Both the position numbers and the translations under genes were made by a program. From positions 43,042-107,041 of the forward strand of contig JAFRWU010000044.1 of assembly GCA_017441705.1 (NCBI GenBank): DNA of 64,000 nt, read 5' to 3'. A model generated the notes under the pieces. The model made no database searches. It was not told the DNA's origin and was given only the letters and a program-made list of their open reading frames with translations. This DNA comes from Clostridia bacterium (GTDB taxonomy: Bacteria; Bacillota; Clostridia; Oscillospirales; QAMX01). Shown piece by piece: positions 28,952-37,913 of the stretch (its first letter is position 1; each line of letters opens with the position of its first letter).

Positions 28952-29275
28952 TCAGAAAAACCCCCCGTTGTATTTCTTCTGTACGCGCGCGATCCAGATC
29001 AGCGAAGCGACGATCCCCGCGGCAAGGATCATCAAAGAGACGAGGATCACGGGGCCCTTTTCTCCGATGAGATTGATCAGCCCGCTCAGGAAAAGCGCCG
29101 CGGCGAGGAGAAAGAGGCCTTTGGCGAATTCCCTGCCGTAGGCCGGAAGGTCCTCCTCCTTCACGCGGGTCTGATGATAGTCGTGAATCAGTTTCGTGTT
29201 TCCCCGGTATACCGCGATCCCAATGGCGAGGATGACGGCCCCGGCCAAAGCGGTGGTCACCGCGTACAGGATCAT
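28952..29275 (-). CDS. small membrane protein (DUF3784-like, provisional)
   Basis: 107 aa with three hydrophobic helices separated by a charged loop (HDYHQTRVKEEDLPAYGREF). Confidence 0.55.
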   Translation of the reverse strand: MILYAVTTALAGAVILAIGIAVYRGNTKLIHDYHQTRVKEEDLPAYGREFAKGLFLLAAALFLSGLINLIGEKGPVILVSLMILAAGIVASLIWIARVQKKYNGGFF

Positions 29276-29314
29276 CTGCTTCCCTCCGTTTCCGTCCGAA
29301 GCTCCGGCGCCGCG

Positions 29315-30631
29315 TCACCGGACCGAAAAGACCGTGTTGGATAACGCCAGATTGTCCACGTGCCGGAAACAGGGCGAAAGCGTTTCGTCGCGGTCACAGT
29401 ACGGTCCTTTCTCGCTTTGCGGGATGTCTCCGCGGGCGATCTGCGTAAAATGGCAGTCTGCCATGTAGACGTTCTTCACGTGACAGTCCCCGCGTCCCAT
29501 CACGGCGGGCATATGGACCGAAAAGCTGTGTATGCCGCTGAAATAAAGGTTGCGGATCCCTTCGCACAGATTCCGTTCGCCGATCCGGATGAAGATCGGC
29601 TCGTAATAGACGCGGTCCATCATGATATCCGAGAAGTTCAGATTCTCGATCAGCGTATGCTCGTCTCCCTGATCGCTGCCGCGGCCTGTTTCCGGCGTGT
29701 CAGGCAGACGGATATCGATCCCGCAGGTGGAATCGGTGATGTTCAGGTTGGAGAAGGTGCAGTTGCGGATCACCCCGTCGTTATACCACCCGATGCGGAT
29801 CCCGCCGGAGTGGCTGGTGATGTTGCAGTTCGAGACCGCGATCTTTTCACACGCGGCATGCCGGAAGAGAGGCAGAGAATAGGCTCTCGCCACGATCCCG
29901 TCGTCCCCGCAGGTGATATTGCAGTCGGAGACCGTGACGTTCCGGCTGCAGTTGATGTGAATGCCGTCGTTGTTCGGGAAATCGACCGACGCGAGGATCT
30001 GCGCCCGATGGAAGTGGACGTTCTCGCAGTCGCAGATCCAGTAGCTCCATCCGGCCGGCTGATTGCGCATGGTCACGTCCTCCACCAGCACGTTGCGGCA
30101 GCCGATGAAAAACGCCACCCTTCCGGGGGACAGGCTGACCTGATCCGGCGACAGCGGGAAGGGCACGTAGTCGTAGTGCACCATGCCGTCCCCGCCGGGC
30201 TCCACGGGATGGCTCTTGCGGCGGAACGGCCACAGGGATTTCTTCGTCTCTTCCGCCGGGAGAGGTTCCATGTAGGCGTCTCCCTGACAGTCGATGGCGC
30301 CGCGTCCGGTGACGGCGACGTCCTCGCATCCTTCCGCGTAGATCATGCAGCGTTTGTTGAAACGGGGCGCGTATTCCGTACGCCAGAAATCCGTTTCGAG
30401 ATCCGGGAAATCGGCGGGATCGGTCGATCCCAAAAGCACCGCATCTCTTTCAATGCGCAGTTCCACGCCGCTTCTGAGCCGGATCGTACCGGTCAGGAAA
30501 CGGCCCTCGGTCAGGATCACCCGTCCCCCGCCGTGCGCGCCGCAGTCGTCGACGGCAGCCTGAACGGCGGCCGTATCCTTCGCCACGCCGTCGCCGACGG
30601 CGCCGTAATCCTTGACAAAGCAGTTCTTCAT
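29315..30631 (-). CDS. glycoside hydrolase family 28 (polygalacturonase-like)
   Basis: DYGAVGDGVAKDTAAVQAAVD N-terminus and beta-helix motifs NNDGIHI, TCGDDGIVA, HSGGIRIG. Confidence 0.85.
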   Translation of the reverse strand: MKNCFVKDYGAVGDGVAKDTAAVQAAVDDCGAHGGGRVILTEGRFLTGTIRLRSGVELRIERDAVLLGSTDPADFPDLETDFWRTEYAPRFNKRCMIYAEGCEDVAVTGRGAIDCQGDAYMEPLPAEETKKSLWPFRRKSHPVEPGGDGMVHYDYVPFPLSPDQVSLSPGRVAFFIGCRNVLVEDVTMRNQPAGWSYWICDCENVHFHRAQILASVDFPNNDGIHINCSRNVTVSDCNITCGDDGIVARAYSLPLFRHAACEKIAVSNCNITSHSGGIRIGWYNDGVIRNCTFSNLNITDSTCGIDIRLPDTPETGRGSDQGDEHTLIENLNFSDIMMDRVYYEPIFIRIGERNLCEGIRNLYFSGIHSFSVHMPAVMGRGDCHVKNVYMADCHFTQIARGDIPQSEKGPYCDRDETLSPCFRHVDNLALSNTVFSVR

Positions 30632-30680
30632 GGAAAGCCCTCCTTTTTCATGGCAGCGGTTCGCGGCTCTCTGCTATCTT

Positions 30681-30709
30681 ATTATGACGCGGGAAATCGT
30701 TCCTGTCAA
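30681..30709 (-). promoter_or_regulatory. sigma-A type promoter for the GH28 block
   Basis: Minus strand: TTGACA (30709-30704), 17 nt, CATAAT (30686-30681). AAAAAGGAGGG RBS before the GH28 ATG. Confidence 0.5.
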
Positions 30710-30728
30710 CGCTCGATCGGGTCCTCTT

Positions 30729-31634
30729 TCAGAGACAGTTGGTAAAAACCAGCGCGGCAAACGCCATACCGATGCCGATCAGACAGCGCGGCGTGATCTT
30801 TTCCCCGAAGCACACCGCCGACATGATCATGGACAGGATCAGCGCGCCGCCCTGCATCAATGGGTACAGAAGGGCGGAAGAAAGGTATCCGGCGGCCAGC
30901 GTAGAAAACAGGGAGTTAAGAAAGATGCAGAAGGACATGACGATCACGTATACGGCGAGCTTTCCCTTTCCGCCGGCTTTCTCTCCGCCGCTTTCCCCGT
31001 GCCTCTTCGTGGCGCGGAACCCGGCGTAAGTGAGAAGCAGCACCGCCGCAGACGCGGCGTAGGTGTAAAAATTAAAAACCGAAACGTCGGCCGCCGACCG
31101 GTATTGGAACCATTTCTGCGCGAAGGAAATCAGGCCGTAGGAAAAACCGCAGGCAATCAGCAAAAGAAGAGACGCGGGAGTCAGCTTTGCCTTTCCGATG
31201 TCGCGGTTATAGGTACACAGGACGTACGCCGCCGCGATCAGCAGAACGATTCCCACGATATGATTCCACCGGATCTCCTCCCCGAAAAAGATCCGGCTGC
31301 CGACGATGGGTACGACGACGCCGATCGTCGGGAACACGTCCACCATCATATAGGCTCCCGTGCGCACGGCAAGGAGCCATGCGATCACGAAGAACGACGT
31401 CGCGGCGCCGGATACGGCCGCGATCAGGAGCGTCGTCCCGTCCGCGGCAAAGGAGGAGAATCCCTTCGTCCCGATCACGACGAATACCATGCCGATCGGA
31501 ATGCAGATCAGCATCCTGACCAAATTGAAGCCGACGGCGGCGGGAACGCCGCCGATCTGCCCGCTCGTCCTTTTCCCGCAGTATCCTTTCGTTATCCCGA
31601 AGAAAAGCGCGAGCGCAACGTATAAAAATCCCAT
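30729..31634 (-). CDS. 10-TM permease, DMT/EamA-like (provisional)
   Basis: 301 aa, almost entirely hydrophobic helices in two similar halves. Confidence 0.6.
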   Translation of the reverse strand: MGFLYVALALFFGITKGYCGKRTSGQIGGVPAAVGFNLVRMLICIPIGMVFVVIGTKGFSSFAADGTTLLIAAVSGAATSFFVIAWLLAVRTGAYMMVDVFPTIGVVVPIVGSRIFFGEEIRWNHIVGIVLLIAAAYVLCTYNRDIGKAKLTPASLLLLIACGFSYGLISFAQKWFQYRSAADVSVFNFYTYAASAAVLLLTYAGFRATKRHGESGGEKAGGKGKLAVYVIVMSFCIFLNSLFSTLAAGYLSSALLYPLMQGGALILSMIMSAVCFGEKITPRCLIGIGMAFAALVFTNCL

Positions 31635-31729
31635 ATCGAACCCTCTGCCTTTCGGATCAGGCGTTATCCCGGCGGCGGGCGCCGGACGACCGGTCCGGTT
31701 TTCCCCCGTCCGGAACGAAACTCTTTCCT

Positions 31730-31758
31730 ACTATAGTCTCATTCCGTCTTTCTGTCAA
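31730..31758 (-). promoter_or_regulatory. sigma-A type promoter for the DMT-like permease
   Basis: Minus strand: TTGACA (31758-31753), 17 nt, TATAGT (31735-31730). The leader is ~95 nt. Confidence 0.5.
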
Positions 31759-31799
31759 GACGTTCTTCCCCGTTCACGGCGTTTTGCGCCGCAGTCCGC

Positions 31800-31828
31800 T
31801 TGACAAACGGTCTCTTTCCTGATAGAAT
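31800..31828 (+). promoter_or_regulatory. sigma-A type promoter upstream of the ABC exporter
   Basis: TTGACA (31800-31805), 17 nt, TAGAAT (31823-31828). Confidence 0.55.
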
Positions 31829-31844
31829 ACCCCCATAAGCAGTT

Positions 31845-31876
31845 GGGATGCCGAGCTTTGCCGGCGTCCCTTTTTT
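31845..31876 (+). terminator. terminator-like hairpin inside the ABC exporter leader (possible attenuator)
   Basis: 9-bp stem GGGATGCCG / CGGCGTCCC (one G-U pair) with an 8-nt loop, followed by TTTTTT. It begins ~10 nt after the predicted transcription start and lies 135 nt before the ATG. Confidence 0.5.
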
Positions 31877-32010
31877 CTTCGGAGGATCCACGCGCTCCGT
31901 CTGTAAAGCGGCGGCGAGGCGCAGGGCTCTCCTTCCGCGCACATAAGCTGCGCGCCGGTCCCGGCGGGACCTCGTTCGGGCACGGAGAAGCAGCGGAAAG
32001 GGAAAAGCAT

Positions 32011-33756
32011 ATGAAACTACTCCTGAGGCTCTCACGCGAAGCGATCCGGTACAAGCATCTCTATATCATCGCGATCCTTTCGACCTTCTGTCTGACCCTG
32101 ATCAACCTGATCGCTCCGCGGGTCCTTTCCCGCATGACCGGCATCGTTTCGGGCGGGGTCGATCGGGACGCCCTGCAGGATATCGGCGTCCTGACCCTCA
32201 TCCTTGTCGGCATTTATCTTCTCCGGATCCTGTTCCGCTTCCTGAGCAATTATCTGGCGCACAAAGCGGCCTGGTATCTTGTCGGCGATCTCCGCACCAA
32301 AACCTACGACAAGATAGAGCGGATGCATCTCGGATACTTTCACGACAAGCAGACCGGCGATCTGATGAGCCGCGTGGTCAACGACACCCGCGATTTTGAG
32401 CTTCTTTACGCGCATATGATCCCGGAAACGATCACCAACCTCGTCACCTTCGGCGGCGCTCTGGCGATCCTTCTCACGATCAACTGGAAGCTCGCGCTCG
32501 TCACCTGCGCGCCGATCCCGCTGATCATTCTCTCCGGCGCCGTGTTTTCTAAAAAAGTCCGTCCGTTCTTCCGGATTTCCCAGAAGAAAATGGGCGAACT
32601 GAACGGCAAGCTGCAGGACAATCTTTCGGGCATTCACGAGATCCAGTCCTTCGGGCGGGAGGAATACGAAACCGGCCGCGTCAACGAGCGCAATTTCGAA
32701 CACGTGACGGCGATGCTCAAAGCGCTGAAAATCAGCGCGGTATTCCATCCGGCGGTCGAATTCATCTCTTCCCTCGGGACCATCCTGGTCGTCGGGTTCG
32801 GCGGTTATCTGGCCTTTGCGGAGGGGCTTGAAGTGGAGGTCGTCGTCGCCTTCCTCCTGTATCTCGGCCTGTTCTACGCTCCCGTCGCAAGCCTTGCGAA
32901 CCTTCTGGAAAGCATGCAGCAGTCACTTGCCGGCGCGGAGCGCGTGATCCAGATCCTCGACGCTCCGATCGAGATCCGGGACAGACCCGGCGCCGTCGAG
33001 CTTCGGGACGTGAAGGGGGAAATCGCTTTCGATCACGTCAGCTTCTCCTATGATGAAAGCATTCCCGTTCTGAAGGATATTTCCTTCCGGTGCGAACCGG
33101 GCAAAATGCTGGCGCTGGTCGGTCCTACGGGCGTCGGCAAAACGACCGTCACCCAGTTGATTTCCCGGTTCTACGAACCGCAGAGCGGCAAGATCCTGAT
33201 CGACGGGCAGGATATTGCAGGCGTCACGCTCGAAAGCCTACGGCGGGTGATCTCCCCCGTTCTGCAGGACACCTTCCTTTTCAACGGCACGATTGCGGAA
33301 AACATCGGGTATGCGGCGGCCGACACCTCCATGGAAGAGATCGAAGAAGCCGCCAGAGCCGCCAACATCCACGACGATATCATGGCGATGCCGGACGGGT
33401 ATGATACCGAGGTCGGAGAACGCGGTCTGCGCCTGAGCGGCGGTCAGAAGCAGCGGGTGGCGATCGCCCGCGCGATCCTGCGCCGTTCCCCGATCATCAT
33501 CCTGGACGAAGCGACCGCTTCGGTGGACGTGGAGACCGAAAGGCAGATCCAGAAAGCGATCGCGGGGATCGCCGGGAGCCGCACGATCGTCGCCATCGCG
33601 CACCGTCTTTCCACCATCCGGAACGCCGATCAGATCCTGGTCATCGAAGAAGGGCGCGTGACCGAATGCGGCACCCATGACGAGCTTCTTGCCCTGAACG
33701 GCAGTTATGCCCGGATGCACAGGATCCAGTCCACCTCCATCGGCGGCGTCGCCTGA
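32011..33756 (+). CDS. ABC exporter, fused permease/ATPase half-transporter (MsbA/LmrA-like)
   Basis: Six-TM N-terminal half, Walker [10 protein letters not shown], signature LSGGQKQR, Walker B IIILDEATS. ATG 32011 follows GGAAAGGGAAAAG. The in-frame upstream extension of the track ORF is leader sequence. Confidence 0.9.
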   Translation: MKLLLRLSREAIRYKHLYIIAILSTFCLTLINLIAPRVLSRMTGIVSGGVDRDALQDIGVLTLILVGIYLLRILFRFLSNYLAHKAAWYLVGDLRTKTYDKIERMHLGYFHDKQTGDLMSRVVNDTRDFELLYAHMIPETITNLVTFGGALAILLTINWKLALVTCAPIPLIILSGAVFSKKVRPFFRISQKKMGELNGKLQDNLSGIHEIQSFGREEYETGRVNERNFEHVTAMLKALKISAVFHPAVEFISSLGTILVVGFGGYLAFAEGLEVEVVVAFLLYLGLFYAPVASLANLLESMQQSLAGAERVIQILDAPIEIRDRPGAVELRDVKGEIAFDHVSFSYDESIPVLKDISFRCEPGKMLALVGPTGVGKTTVTQLISRFYEPQSGKILIDGQDIAGVTLESLRRVISPVLQDTFLFNGTIAENIGYAAADTSMEEIEEAARAANIHDDIMAMPDGYDTEVGERGLRLSGGQKQRVAIARAILRRSPIIILDEATASVDVETERQIQKAIAGIAGSRTIVAIAHRLSTIRNADQILVIEEGRVTECGTHDELLALNGSYARMHRIQSTSIGGVA

Positions 33757-33759
33757 CGC

Positions 33760-33782
33760 CGCCGGCTGTTTCCGGCGTTTTT
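33760..33782 (+). terminator. weak intrinsic terminator after the ABC exporter
   Basis: 6-bp all-GC stem CGCCGG / CCGGCG with a 6-nt loop, then TTTTT. Confidence 0.45.
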
Positions 33783-33820
33783 CCTCCCCCTGCGCCGTTT
33801 CACCGGAATGAAGAACCGCG

Positions 33821-33857
33821 AAAAGCGGACGGAGCCGCGCTCCGTCCGCTTTTCTTT
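33821..33857. terminator. bidirectional intrinsic terminator
   Basis: Perfect 11-bp stem GCGGACGGAGC / GCTCCGTCCGC with a 3-nt loop, flanked by AAAA and TTTTCTTT. It lies between convergent gene ends. Confidence 0.75.
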
Positions 33858-33889
33858 CACCGTGCAAAGCTCTGTTCGCGCCGCGGCAT

Positions 33890-34243
33890 TCACTTCCCGG
33901 CGCGCCGCTGCATCGACGCCAGAAACTCTTTGGGGGACTCTTTATACGTGCCGTTCATGAGTTTTTTTCGGATGATCTTCGTCCGGATCCATTCCTGCAA
34001 ACTGTCAAACGCCAGAATCCCGACCACGGATGCCGCTCCCATGACGGCGTATTCCAGAGCGGAGATTTCCGTCATCATCGCAAGGACATAGAAAACAAGA
34101 CCGACCAAAAAAAGCGCCCCGGCCCTGCGGGCCGTCTTTCCGCTTTTCTCCGTCTCTTTTTCCAGAATCCAGAGCGAGACGGAAAGCGCCTCCTTCTCCG
34201 ACATTCCCTGAATATCCAGCCGGAGGATCTCCTCGTCGGTCAC
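33890..34243 (-). CDS. hypothetical two-TM membrane protein
   Basis: 117 aa with two adjacent hydrophobic helices (ALFLVGLVFYVLAMM, AVMGAASVVGILAF). No motif recognised. Confidence 0.45.
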   Translation of the reverse strand: MTDEEILRLDIQGMSEKEALSVSLWILEKETEKSGKTARRAGALFLVGLVFYVLAMMTEISALEYAVMGAASVVGILAFDSLQEWIRTKIIRKKLMNGTYKESPKEFLASMQRRAGK

Positions 34244-34337
34244 AGCACGCTCTCCTTTCTCTTCCGGAACGGCCGCCGCGCTTTCGCCGTCGCATTTCCC
34301 GTCCCGTCGCCCTTTCTTTCTCCGGCGTCCCGTCCGT

Positions 34338-35429
34338 TCACCGTCCGAACCAGTCGGCGATCTTCTTCAGGTTGGCCGTCTGTTCTTCGCTCAGATCACG
34401 GTCCCGGCCGAATCCCGCAGCGCAGAAGGCAATATACTCGTCATCCGCCGCGCGCCGCTCTTCTCCGAATACACGGATGAAATTGTCGTGGCAGATCTTA
34501 TCCAGCACCTCGCCGCAGAAGCCGAACGCGTTTTTCATTTCCACGTTCTGCCACCGGTTCAGGAACGGTCCTTTCTTTTCCAGAAAGCTCCGCGTCAGAT
34601 TGACCGCGTGCGCATATCGTTCCTCCATGGAGGAATCGCCCCGCCGCCAGTTATAGATATCCGAACCGAACAGGATCCGGTCCGCGTACCGGCGGAAGAA
34701 TCCGCACCAGTCGTCGATCCTTTCGCTGAAATTGAAATACATTTCCGAGCCCGGCGTCAGGTCAAAGCACACGCCGTCCCATTCGTTCATGATCCATTCC
34801 GCATAGGAAAGATCGTCGGAGACAAAGAAGAAATGAGCAAGCACAAGCTTCAACTTCGGGAATTTCCTGAGGACTCCCTCCACTTCCCGATGTCCGTCCC
34901 GGAACGGAACGAAGCTATCGTCGTAAAGCCATCCGCGCTCCAGAGCCCACCGCGGGATGCGGTCTGCATCCCAGAACTCTCTGGGGTCCCCGACATGCAT
35001 GACGACGGGCAGACCTTTTTCTTCGGCAAATCCGTAAAACCGGTCGAAGACTCTGTCGTCCAGCGGCTTTTCCAGCCTTTTTCTGTAATCGGGCTTTCCT
35101 TCCAGCATCTTGAACCCGTCGCAGCCCATCCGGAAGAGCGACTCCGCCTGCGCCAGATAGGATTCCGCCGTATCGGATCCGTCAAAGCGATGCAGAAGCC
35201 CGAGGCCGGCGTATACGCCGTCCAGCTTCGATTTGCAGTAAAGGGTCGTGAAATTGTTTATGACGTCGTACGACGGCAGCGATTCCAGGACGATCCTTTC
35301 GTCATGGAAATACTCCATAACGCTCCGGATGACCTCGACCGTTTCGTCGACGGGCATCTGTACGTGCGGATGGATATGCATATCGCATATAGGTTTCCCG
35401 CGATACCGATTCAATTCGTCGTTCCTCAC
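34338..35429 (-). CDS. metal-dependent amidohydrolase-fold (TIM barrel) hydrolase
   Basis: ICDMHIHPH metal motif at the first strand, later VVMHVGDP and a LVLAHFFF-type strand. GTG start 7 nt after GGAGGG. Confidence 0.72.
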   Translation of the reverse strand: MRNDELNRYRGKPICDMHIHPHVQMPVDETVEVIRSVMEYFHDERIVLESLPSYDVINNFTTLYCKSKLDGVYAGLGLLHRFDGSDTAESYLAQAESLFRMGCDGFKMLEGKPDYRKRLEKPLDDRVFDRFYGFAEEKGLPVVMHVGDPREFWDADRIPRWALERGWLYDDSFVPFRDGHREVEGVLRKFPKLKLVLAHFFFVSDDLSYAEWIMNEWDGVCFDLTPGSEMYFNFSERIDDWCGFFRRYADRILFGSDIYNWRRGDSSMEERYAHAVNLTRSFLEKKGPFLNRWQNVEMKNAFGFCGEVLDKICHDNFIRVFGEERRAADDEYIAFCAAGFGRDRDLSEEQTANLKKIADWFGR

Positions 35430-35463
35430 AGCGCTTCCCTCCGCAAACAGGTTTTACCTTCGC

Positions 35464-35492
35464 ATCATAACATAACGGCCGCGGTATTTCAA
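35464..35492 (-). promoter_or_regulatory. sigma-A type promoter for the amidohydrolase gene
   Basis: Minus strand: TTGAAA (35492-35487), 17-nt spacer ending in TGt, TATGAT (35469-35464). Confidence 0.5.
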
Positions 35493-35535
35493 GATTCCGC
35501 GCGGCGGGCGTTTCTCCGCGGGCGGGTCGCCGATC

Positions 35536-35571
35536 AAAAACGGACGGAGCCTGTGAATCTCCGTCCGTTTT
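35536..35571. terminator. intrinsic terminator after the acyl-CoA synthetase gene (bidirectional shape)
   Basis: Perfect 9-bp stem CGGACGGAG / CTCCGTCCG with a 9-nt loop, flanked by AAAAA and TTTT. Confidence 0.72.
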
Positions 35572-35643
35572 CCGGTTCGTTATCCGCGCACCTTCATCGC
35601 ATGCGTTTCTCCCGCTGTGCGGTCCTCCCGGGCCGCAGAGGCG

Positions 35644-37338
35644 TCACGCCTTCGGCGCGCTGTCCTTTTCGCGGATCGCGACGCGGCGGACCTTTCCGCT
35701 GGTGGTTTTGGGAAGCTCGTCCACGAATTCCACGATCCGCGGGTATTTGTACGGCGCGGTGGTGCGCTTCACGTGGTTCTGCAGTTCCTTTCTGATCCGT
35801 TCGTAATAGGCAGTTTTCTTTTCCTCCGAAAGGGCGGGATCGGGGCGATACCCTTTGGCGAGCACCACCGTCGCCTTGACGATCTGTCCCCTTTCGGGAT
35901 CGGGCACCGCGGTGATGGCCGTTTCCAGGACCGCAGGGTGCTCCATCAAGGCGCTTTCCACCTCAAAGGGGCCGATGCGGTAGCCGGAGCTCTTGATCAC
36001 ATCGTCGGCGCGGCCGACAAAATGGATGTATCCTTCCTCGTCGCTCCAGGCCATGTCGCCGGTGTGATACCAGCCGCCCGCCTGTGCTTTGGCGGTTTTT
36101 TCCTCGTCTTTGTAGTAACACTGTACGAGGCCCGCGGGGATGCCGTCCGCGATATTGATGCAGATCTCCCCTTCTTCGCCCACTTCGCAGCGCGCGCCTT
36201 CCGCGTTGATCAGATCGACGTCGAAATGGGGCGAAAACTTCCCGGTGGAGCCCGGCTTCGGCCGGATCCACGGCCAGGTGGCGATCAGGACCGGCGTTTC
36301 GGTCTGGCCGAAGCCTTCCCGGAGCTCAAGTCCCGTCAATTCCTTCCACCGGTTGAATACCTCGGCGTTCAGCGGCTCGCCCGCAATGGTGCAGTAGCGC
36401 AGGGACGACAGATCGTAATCCGCCACGTTCTCCTTGATCAGGAAGCGGAAAATGGTTGGCGGAGCGCAGAATACCGTGACCCGGTACTTTTCGATGATCC
36501 TCAGAAGATCGGTCGGGATGAAGCGCGTCCCGTAATCGTATACGAACACCTCCGCCTCCGAGATCCACTGTCCGTACAGCTTTCCCCAGGACGTTTTGGC
36601 CCAGCCGGTATCGGCCGAGGTGAAATGCAGGTCGTTTTCATTCAGGGTCTGCCAGAATTTCGCAGTCAGGATGTGGCCGAGCGGGTACGCGTAGTTATGA
36701 AGCGCCATCTTGGGATACCCCGACGTGCCCGACGTGAAATAGCAGAGCATGGGATCGGAATTCCGGTTGGGGATCCGGGTCCATTCGTCGCCGAAGCGCT
36801 CCATTTCCCGGTCAAAATTCAGGAAGCCTTCTCTCTCCCCGTCGATCACGAAGCGCGCGGCAAGCCGGTGCCCGGTCTCTTCCTCCGCGGTGAGAATGCA
36901 GGAAAGAAGCCTTTCATCCGACACGGCGAAAATCGCCTTGACGTCTGCTCTTACGAAGCGGTAAGCGAAATCCTTCACCGTGGACATGTGCGTCACCGGC
37001 ACCAGAACGGCGCCGAGCTTGTGGCAGGCGACGGCCACGATCCAGAATTCGTACCGGGAGCGAAGCGTCGCGACGACGAAATCCCCCTTTCGGATCCCGT
37101 GTCCCGCCATCATGTTCGCGCAGCGATTGGAAAGCGAGCGCATTTCACCGAAGGTGATCTCCCTTTCCCTGCCGCGGTCGTCGCACCAGAGAAGACATCC
37201 CTTGTCCGGTCTTTCCTCCGCCAGGACGTCCATCACGTCGTGGGCGAAATTGAAGCCTTCGGGGACGCGGATGCGGAAGTTCTTTTTGAAATCCTCGTAC
37301 GAGGAGAATTCGGTTTGACAGAAGCGGTCGATCAACAA
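35644..37338 (-). CDS. AMP-forming acyl-CoA synthetase (medium-chain/aryl-acid ligase-like)
   Basis: AMP-binding box YFTSGTSGYPKM, WYHTGDMAW, C-terminal SGKVRR. TTG start 8 nt after AAGAGGGA. Confidence 0.88.
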   Translation of the reverse strand: MLIDRFCQTEFSSYEDFKKNFRIRVPEGFNFAHDVMDVLAEERPDKGCLLWCDDRGREREITFGEMRSLSNRCANMMAGHGIRKGDFVVATLRSRYEFWIVAVACHKLGAVLVPVTHMSTVKDFAYRFVRADVKAIFAVSDERLLSCILTAEEETGHRLAARFVIDGEREGFLNFDREMERFGDEWTRIPNRNSDPMLCYFTSGTSGYPKMALHNYAYPLGHILTAKFWQTLNENDLHFTSADTGWAKTSWGKLYGQWISEAEVFVYDYGTRFIPTDLLRIIEKYRVTVFCAPPTIFRFLIKENVADYDLSSLRYCTIAGEPLNAEVFNRWKELTGLELREGFGQTETPVLIATWPWIRPKPGSTGKFSPHFDVDLINAEGARCEVGEEGEICINIADGIPAGLVQCYYKDEEKTAKAQAGGWYHTGDMAWSDEEGYIHFVGRADDVIKSSGYRIGPFEVESALMEHPAVLETAITAVPDPERGQIVKATVVLAKGYRPDPALSEEKKTAYYERIRKELQNHVKRTTAPYKYPRIVEFVDELPKTTSGKVRRVAIREKDSAPKA

Positions 37339-37363
37339 AGCTGTGGTCCCTCTTTTCCGGAAA

Positions 37364-37912
37364 TCAGATGACGATCACAAGGATCCTGGCGCGCTCGCCC
37401 ACGGCCGACATGGCGTGGGGATGCTCCGAATTGAAGTAGAGGGAATCTCCCTCGTTGATGACGATTTCGTGATCGTCGATATAGAAGACAAAGCTTCCTT
37501 CCACACAGTAGTGGAATTCCTGGCCGTGATGGGAATTGGGATGAAGGTCCTTCTTTTCCTTGTGATCCACCGTCACCAAGAGCGGTTCCACCTTGCGATT
37601 GGCGAAATCGTAGGCCAGGTTCTTGTAGTTGTAGTCCTTGGTGCGCTCCACGCTGATCCCGCGGTTTTTCCTGACGACCGAGTAGACCGTCAGTTTCGCG
37701 GCTTCGCCGGTCAGGAGCTCGGTCACGCCGATCCTGTAATACTCGGCGATCTCGCAGAGAACGCTGATGGGAATATCCACCGTGCCGGTTTCGATCCTTT
37801 CGTATTCCTCCCGGCTGATGGTCAGCTGTTCCGAAAGCTCTTCGGTCGTGACGTCGGAGAGATCGCGGATCTCCTTCAGGCGCCTTGCGATTTCCCGGAT
37901 ATTCTCGTTCAT
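37364..37912 (-). CDS. XRE-family HTH regulator with C-terminal cupin sensor domain
   Basis: From ATG 37912: IARRLKEIRDLSDVTTEELSEQLTISREEYERIETG (HTH_3), then cupin strands HHGQEFHYCVEGSF...GDSLYFNSEHPHAM. Confidence 0.85.
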   Translation of the reverse strand: MNENIREIARRLKEIRDLSDVTTEELSEQLTISREEYERIETGTVDIPISVLCEIAEYYRIGVTELLTGEAAKLTVYSVVRKNRGISVERTKDYNYKNLAYDFANRKVEPLLVTVDHKEKKDLHPNSHHGQEFHYCVEGSFVFYIDDHEIVINEGDSLYFNSEHPHAMSAVGERARILVIVI

Positions 37913-37913
37913 A

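Noticed and set aside
31843-32010. In-frame N-terminal extension of the ABC exporter ORF (track start 31843).
   Set aside because: The extension is Arg/Gly/Ala-rich and runs through the terminator-like hairpin. It lacks an RBS, whereas ATG 32011 has GGAAAGGGAAAAG upstream and gives the usual MKLLLRL... exporter N-terminus.
22281-37371. Long antisense ORFs 22281-24230 (+, 649 aa), 27532-29070 (+), 29360-30745 (+), 30612-31625 (+), 34488-35795 (+) and 35617-37371 (+).
   Set aside because: They are shadow frames of the MFS, cupin, GH39-like, GH28, DMT, amidohydrolase and acyl-CoA synthetase genes. Their composition is dominated by R, G, H, P and D runs, and none has an independent start signal.
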